Assembly: GCF_009914755.1 (NCBI RefSeq)
Contig: NC_060932.1
Strand: one strand, 5' to 3'
Source of the DNA: the human T2T-CHM13v2.0 reference genome, Homo sapiens
Length of the DNA: 64,000 nt
Below, in pieces: positions 55,935 through 64,000 of this stretch. A program made the translations under genes and the position numbers. The notes under the pieces were generated by a model that saw only the letters and a program-made list of their open reading frames with translations, searched no databases and was not told where the DNA came from. Positions within the stretch are counted from its first letter, which is position 1. Every line of letters starts with the position of its first letter.

Positions 55935-56490
55935 CACCAGGTTACAGTTCTGAAATGATGCATCTGATCATGTCACTTTTGTGTTTGAATCCTCCTGTTG
56001 CTCTCTCTTTTGCCCAGGGTCACCCAAGCCACATTGTAGAACATAGCTTCTATGTGATCTGTTTAGCCTTATCACCCACAATCCTCCCAACACCTTTGCT
56101 CCAACCAGACTTCTCACCCTAGCTCAAATAGCAGACTCTTTTTTGTCCCTGCACCTTTATGCATTCTCTTTGCTCTCCTTGAAGGCCCTTCCTACCTTTA
56201 TTAGTGTGTAAAACTCTTAATCACCCATTAGGAGGCAATTCAGGTGTCACCCACTCTGTGAAGGTTTCCCTATTGCTTAGGCACTCAATTGCTTCCACAT
56301 CTGGCCTTTGACACCTTATTGTATGATTTGCGTTGTGTGAGTCTTAGTTTTCTCGAATGTCTGTCTTTTGCACTAGACTCCAACAAATTCCTCATAACCA
56401 AGGGCCAGATTATTCTTCTCACATGGGCATCTAGTACCAGCATCAAACATCTGGTAAGTGCTTAAAAGCTTATTGAATGAACTGAAGGAA
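55935..56490 (+). mobile_element. L2 3' remnant
   Basis: CATCTGATCATGTCACTTTT...GGTAAGTGCTTAAAAGCTTATTGAATGAACTGAA. Confidence 0.65.
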
Positions 56491-56811
56491 AGAATATTTG
56501 TGAGAGATGCTGAGATGTATACCTACTCTAATAAGACTTTTCCTTGGATCTGGATCATAAAATTTAATTTCCACATTATCATTAAATGAGATAATTACTA
56601 TTGTCTATTTTTGCCCTCAAAATAGGTCATACATAAAATATTCCAAGAATTTATCTGATGCAATAACAACCATCAGAAAGCCTTGCTATAAAGTTTGATT
56701 CTACTAAGATCTTTCATGTTACAGAGCTTTTGTTGAATAAATGCATGAATGAATATAAAAATATGATTGAAAGAATGTTGTGTAGCTTTAATTTAAGAAT
56801 ACTGAAAGTGG

Positions 56812-57029
56812 AGCTAGGCATAGTGGCTCACACCTGTAATCTAAGCGCTTTGGGGGTCCAAGGCAGGAGGATCACTTGAGCTCAGGAGATCTGGCAATAA
56901 TGCTCAAAGTCAGGTAGCCCTAGTCAGGAGACTGAGACCAGCCTGGGCAACACAGTGAGACCCGTCTCTTAAAAAAAATAAAAAATATTTTATATAATTA
57001 AATAATTTAAACTTATTAAAATAAAAACA
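56812..57029 (+). mobile_element. FLAM monomer carrying a non-Alu insert
   Basis: Alu left monomer; perfect 16-bp TSD AAGAATACTGAAAGTG 56795-56810 / 57030-57045; insert at 56890-56923. Confidence 0.93.
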
Positions 57030-58419
57030 AAGAATACTGAAAGTGAATTTGTACATAGAATATTTTAATTATAGAACCTACATTAACCTCTCTGGGGCTC
57101 AATTTCTTCAACAATAAAATGAGCTAATAATGCCCAGATCTGAGGGTGAAGATGAGCATGTAATCATACTGTACTTAAGAGTTATTTTGGTATACAACAA
57201 CAAAAACAAAAAGACCATGAAGTGGAAATAATTATTTCAGAATTTAAGTTTATTTGAAAGCGACATTTCTACGTTTAATGTGATCAAGACACTGATCTCC
57301 ATCTTAAAATTGTAGTTGCTTCATAACTTGGCTCAGAGAAAACAATTTCACCAAAAAGACATAGCCTGTGTTTTGTTTTGCAGAAATCTCTATAAGCAGA
57401 ACATTTCATAGATGTTTTACACAATGATAAATAGTTATTCACAGACAGATGCTGGCCATGTGTTTTCCAAGATCAATGAAAAATGCCAGCAAATGGGAAA
57501 TTGGAGGGAAGTCAGAACAGATATTTCCTGAAGCAGCACACCTCCCAGTTGGAAACCTCGGAGTCTTTGTAAGTTTCTGCAGCAGAGCTGTGGAGCACAG
57601 CAGGGCTCTGGGTGTGGTTCTGTGTTCAGCTGACTGCGGCATAACTCAATTAGGGAATTCTCAATGGCTGGGCATCTGGGTTCTAAAATGGTTGTTTATG
57701 TTCTCCAGATGGTCATGGACAGCAGAAAGGATACATATAAAAGGAAAGAATACAGAAGGGAAAAAAAGAGTTAGAAAAGTAGCTAAGCTGCTTTTGTCTT
57801 TTCCTTATTATAATCTGACTTCGTGGATAGGGTAATAAAGCAACTGCTCCAGAGAGCAATGCTTTCCACTCATTTAAAGGTTCTGAAACATCTCGAATGA
57901 TTTCCTTTTGGTAAAGGAAGTTCTTTGCCTAGACATGTGCAACCTAAAGAGGACATAAAGTTAACAATTTTATTTAGGGTGACAAAAATGCTTGAACTAC
58001 ACAAAAATGCTTAGTTTGCATAAGTCAATGTATCTCTTGCTATCGGTGATAAAAAATTTTTTTTCTAATGAGAAAAACTAATGATTAAAGTTTGTGGAGA
58101 CATCTTCTTTGACCAAGTAAAACAAAACTAAACAACACAATGTGATAATATATTGGTATGTTGGGATGAGATTTTTTTAGCTTTTCATTACAGTCTCAGC
58201 ACCTATGATGCAGAAAGTTGTAGGTCCTCAAAGTTAGTGGAATGTTTGAGGTTAGGCACCTGAATGAATGGGTGTTTCTCTGCAGATAACTAGCGGCATT
58301 GTTTGAGGAAATTGATTCCCAAAAAACAGTGCTTATCTAAGATGCTGTAGTAAATGGTTTCAAAGCTGAGCTATGTATACCGAAGAGGCCAAATAAATGC
58401 TTTTCTTTTTGAAATGATC

Positions 58420-58780
58420 ATTCATTCATTCATCAAATATTCATTGCCTACCTACTGTGTGTCCGGCACTGTTTTAGGACCTGGCAACAAAACACTCAAG
58501 GTTCCCAATCTCAGGAAACTTTTATTCTAGTCTAACTATAGTAATAACAGCTTCTTATATTGAATGTCTACTCCATACTAAAGTGTTTTAATACATTTTC
58601 TGGTATTCTTTAAGAACTCCTGCAAGGTTGGTGATATTGTTATCATTCTAAAGTTGAAAAAACAAGCAGAAAGAGGTTAAACGATTTTCTGAAAGCAATG
58701 AAGTAACTGTAAAAACTGGTATTTGCCCACAGGTATGTCTTCCTTCAAAGTTGTACTTTTTCCTGTCTACTATACCGCCC
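58420..58780 (-). mobile_element. L2 3' end followed by a MIR
   Basis: CATTCATTCATTCATCAAATATTCATTGCCTACCTACTGTGTG, then antisense MIR (GCAGAAAGAGGTTAAACGATTTT). Confidence 0.65.
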
Positions 58781-58815
58781 TACAGTGATCTAGAGTATTT
58801 CTGCAGATATTGTGC

Positions 58816-59124
58816 TTTTTTTTTTTCTTTTTTAAATGGAGTTTCACTCTTGTTGCTCAGGCTGGAGTGCAGTGGCCCAATCTCAGTTCACTGAAGCCTC
58901 CGCCTCCTGGGTTCATGTGATTTTCCTGCCTCAGGCTCCTGAGTAGCTGAGTAGCTGGGATTACAGGCACCCACCACCATGCCTGGCTAATTTTTGTATT
59001 TTTAGTAGAGACAGGGTTTCACCATGTTGGTCAGGCTGGTCTCGAGCTCCTGACCTCAGGTGATCCTCCCAACCTTGGCCTCCCAAAGTGCTGGGATTAC
59101 AAGCATGAGCCACTGCACCCAGCC
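58816..59124 (-). mobile_element. AluS
   Basis: Antisense dimer; TSD AGATATTGTG 58805-58814 / AGATATTATG 59126-59135. Confidence 0.95.
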
Positions 59125-59519
59125 GAGATATTATGGTTTTTAAGATTATGATTATGAACAAGGTGTATGATGCTGCTTTTTACAATGATGACGTATACTG
59201 CTGCTGCCACCACCACCACAAATATTACTACTTCTTACTCCTTTATGCTGCTGAAAATGGCCTTTGAACCTCAGAGAGGGTGAAGAAGGGCCTCTGTTTT
59301 ATTCAGCAGTTCTAGTTGTTTTGCAAGGAGATAGACATAACCAACTGTGCCTTATCCAGTGAATCTTTTCTATATTCTCCATTTATTCTGCTGAAGGCTC
59401 CTCTATAATAGAATCATGATTTTGTTCTTTTATTCAGTTTCAGTAAATACTTACTAAAGACCTACTACGTGCTAGGCACTGTGCTGGGTGCTGGAGAAAA
59501 ATGATGATGAAGCTAGAAA

Positions 59520-61440
59520 TTTTGATAATTAAACATTTTATCAATCTATTATACATACATGGTTCAAAATGTCAAGTAATAGTACAAAGCTACTAATAAA
59601 GTATAGTGGCTCCCCACCCATTGCCCTTCATTGCCAACAATACATCTTCCAACTGGCAACTGTTTTTGACTTTTTAAGCTATTTCTTTTGGCATTTACAC
59701 ACTCATATTTCTACATAGTGTGTGTATGCTACTATCTTTGTTTTATATATTATCTAATGACTTCCTATCACTCTGTTTCCTCCATCCTTCCAATATAGTT
59801 GTATTATAATTTTAGTTAAATCATTATTGTTTATTATTCATTATTATGCCTATGCAAATATTACTTACTAATGAACATTGTCATAAGATTATGTTCCTTT
59901 TTTATTGTCACTAAAGTTGGTAGTTTTTTCCAATTGCAGTTATTCTTTTCATACATTTTATTGGCCTCTCAGCATCATTTTTCCTAATATTAGGGATTTT
60001 TAGTTACTTTTATTACTTAGAGAAATTTTTCTTTGAAGTTTCATTTGAGCTTCCCAGATACCTTGAGTTTCTCCTTTTCTTTCATACTTGGAATTCCCTT
60101 TACCATTCTGAGTTTTATTACATGTTTCCTGCATTTTATGACTTCCTCCTTTTTGGTTTTACTCCTTTGATAGACCACATATTCCACTAGTTTGATGAGG
60201 TTGAAAAGATAGTACAATTAAAAAAAAATATGATGACAGCTACCAAAATGTCCGTCTCCTGAATCACGCTGCTGCTCTCTGAATGAGCCATCTCCATAGC
60301 ATCTTCTTTCACTAACAACCTGCAGATACTCTTTCTCTCCCTTCAGTTTTGGATTCTCTCTTTTTCTTTTTCTTCTGATTTCTTGGCGTATTCCCATATT
60401 TTGGTGGTAAACTTTCTCCACTCTCTTCTTAAGAAAAACAGGCTATTTTGAATTAATTAATTGATTGCTATTGCATGATGGGTGTCTAAAAATGTCTTTA
60501 TTCTTCCCTGATGAGATTAATTGTTTGGTTAGATGTGGAATTCTAGTTTAGTAATGATTTTGTTTCAGAATTTTGAAGGCATTGCTCTACTGTTTTCTTG
60601 CTTTCAGTATGTCAGTCAGATAACTGACCTCTTAAGTGAGCCCTGAATTTTCATTTGATAAGCTTGTAAAACCTTCTTTTTGTTTCCACAGTCCTGAAAT
60701 TTCACAATGATGTCCCTTGGTGTGGATCTATTTTTACCTATTTTGCTGGCTACTCCATGGGCTTTTTCAATCTAAAAATTTATAACTTGGAGTTGCTGGA
60801 AATTTTCTTGCATTTTTTCTTTGATGATTTTTTTCTCTCTGTTTTCTTTGTACTTTTGTTCTGAACACCTATTATTTGAATGTTGTGCCTCTTAAAATAA
60901 TGCTAATATGTTTCTTCCCCTATTCTCCATCTCTTTGGTTTTTAATGAACTTTTGGCACAATTACTCCAACATTATCTTTGAGCTTTCTATTGAGACTTT
61001 TATTTTTATTTTTGCTATAATATTGCTAAATTCCAAAAGTCTTTTTTTTCTTCTCAGTAAGTTCTTTTTTTATAGCTTCTACTTCTTGTTTCATGGATGA
61101 AATATATCCTCTTATTTCACAACAGATAATGAGATTTCTTTTATTGTTGATATTATTGTTGAAGTTTTTCTCCCTGAATAGTTTCTGTTTTGTCCGGGTT
61201 GCTTTTTCTGTTTGTCTGTTTGCTTGTTTTGTTTTGGTCTCTTGTGTCCATATTAGAATTTTTTCTTAGATGTCTGATTATTCTTGATTGTCTTAATCAT
61301 GTTATTCATGATTAGGATTGGACCATTAAAAAGCAATTTAGGAGCCCTGAGATAATGAGTAGGGCTACCTGGCTTTGAGCATTATTGCCAGATGACCTAA
61401 ATGAGAAGCATTTCTTGGAGAATTCCTGGTGTCAACATCT
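59520..61440 (-). mobile_element. Ancient L1M/HAL1-like remnants
   Basis: T-rich antisense LINE-like text (TCAGAATTTTGAAGGCATTGCTC; CTGAAATTTCACAATGATGTCCCTTGGTGTGGATC). Confidence 0.55.
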
Positions 61441-61446
61441 TTAGAT

Positions 61447-64000
<2,554 letters not shown>

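Noticed and set aside
57449-57835. 128-aa + strand ORF in unique sequence
   Set aside because: No recognisable domain or supporting exon structure; length compatible with chance.
57982-58012. Short direct repeat ACAAAAATGCTT twice; similar micro-duplications at about 16812-16850 and 38447-38465
   Set aside because: Ordinary slippage-scale duplications.

Overview
Primate (human-like) AT-rich intronic or intergenic genomic DNA, not prokaryotic. It has no intact protein-coding gene, RNA gene or CRISPR array that I can support. Much of the window is interspersed repeat: Alu/FLAM SINEs, LINE-1 copies (a 5'-inverted L1PA, a full-length old L1PA, a younger L1PA running off the right edge, ancient L1M), L2 and MIR relics, MaLR/ERV solo LTRs and DNA-transposon relics (MER30, MER5A, MER33, MER58, MER82, half-MADE1). 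All the longer ORFs are L1/Alu/LTR remnants or low-complexity artefacts. The repeat-poor middle (about 24-38 kb) holds motif-dense, partly CpG-retaining blocks that look like developmental enhancers, and there are weak + strand exon candidates near 7-9 kb. The most unusual signal is a set of locally templated rearrangement scars. These are a 34-nt inverted copy of sequence 4.5 kb away inserted into a FLAM, a complex inversion plus templated insertion inside the full-length L1, a near-perfect 99-nt fold-back palindrome and an interrupted 49-nt triplication. I found no convincing new biological system beyond these scars. Subfamily names come from recalled consensus sequences, and boundaries of old repeats are approximate.
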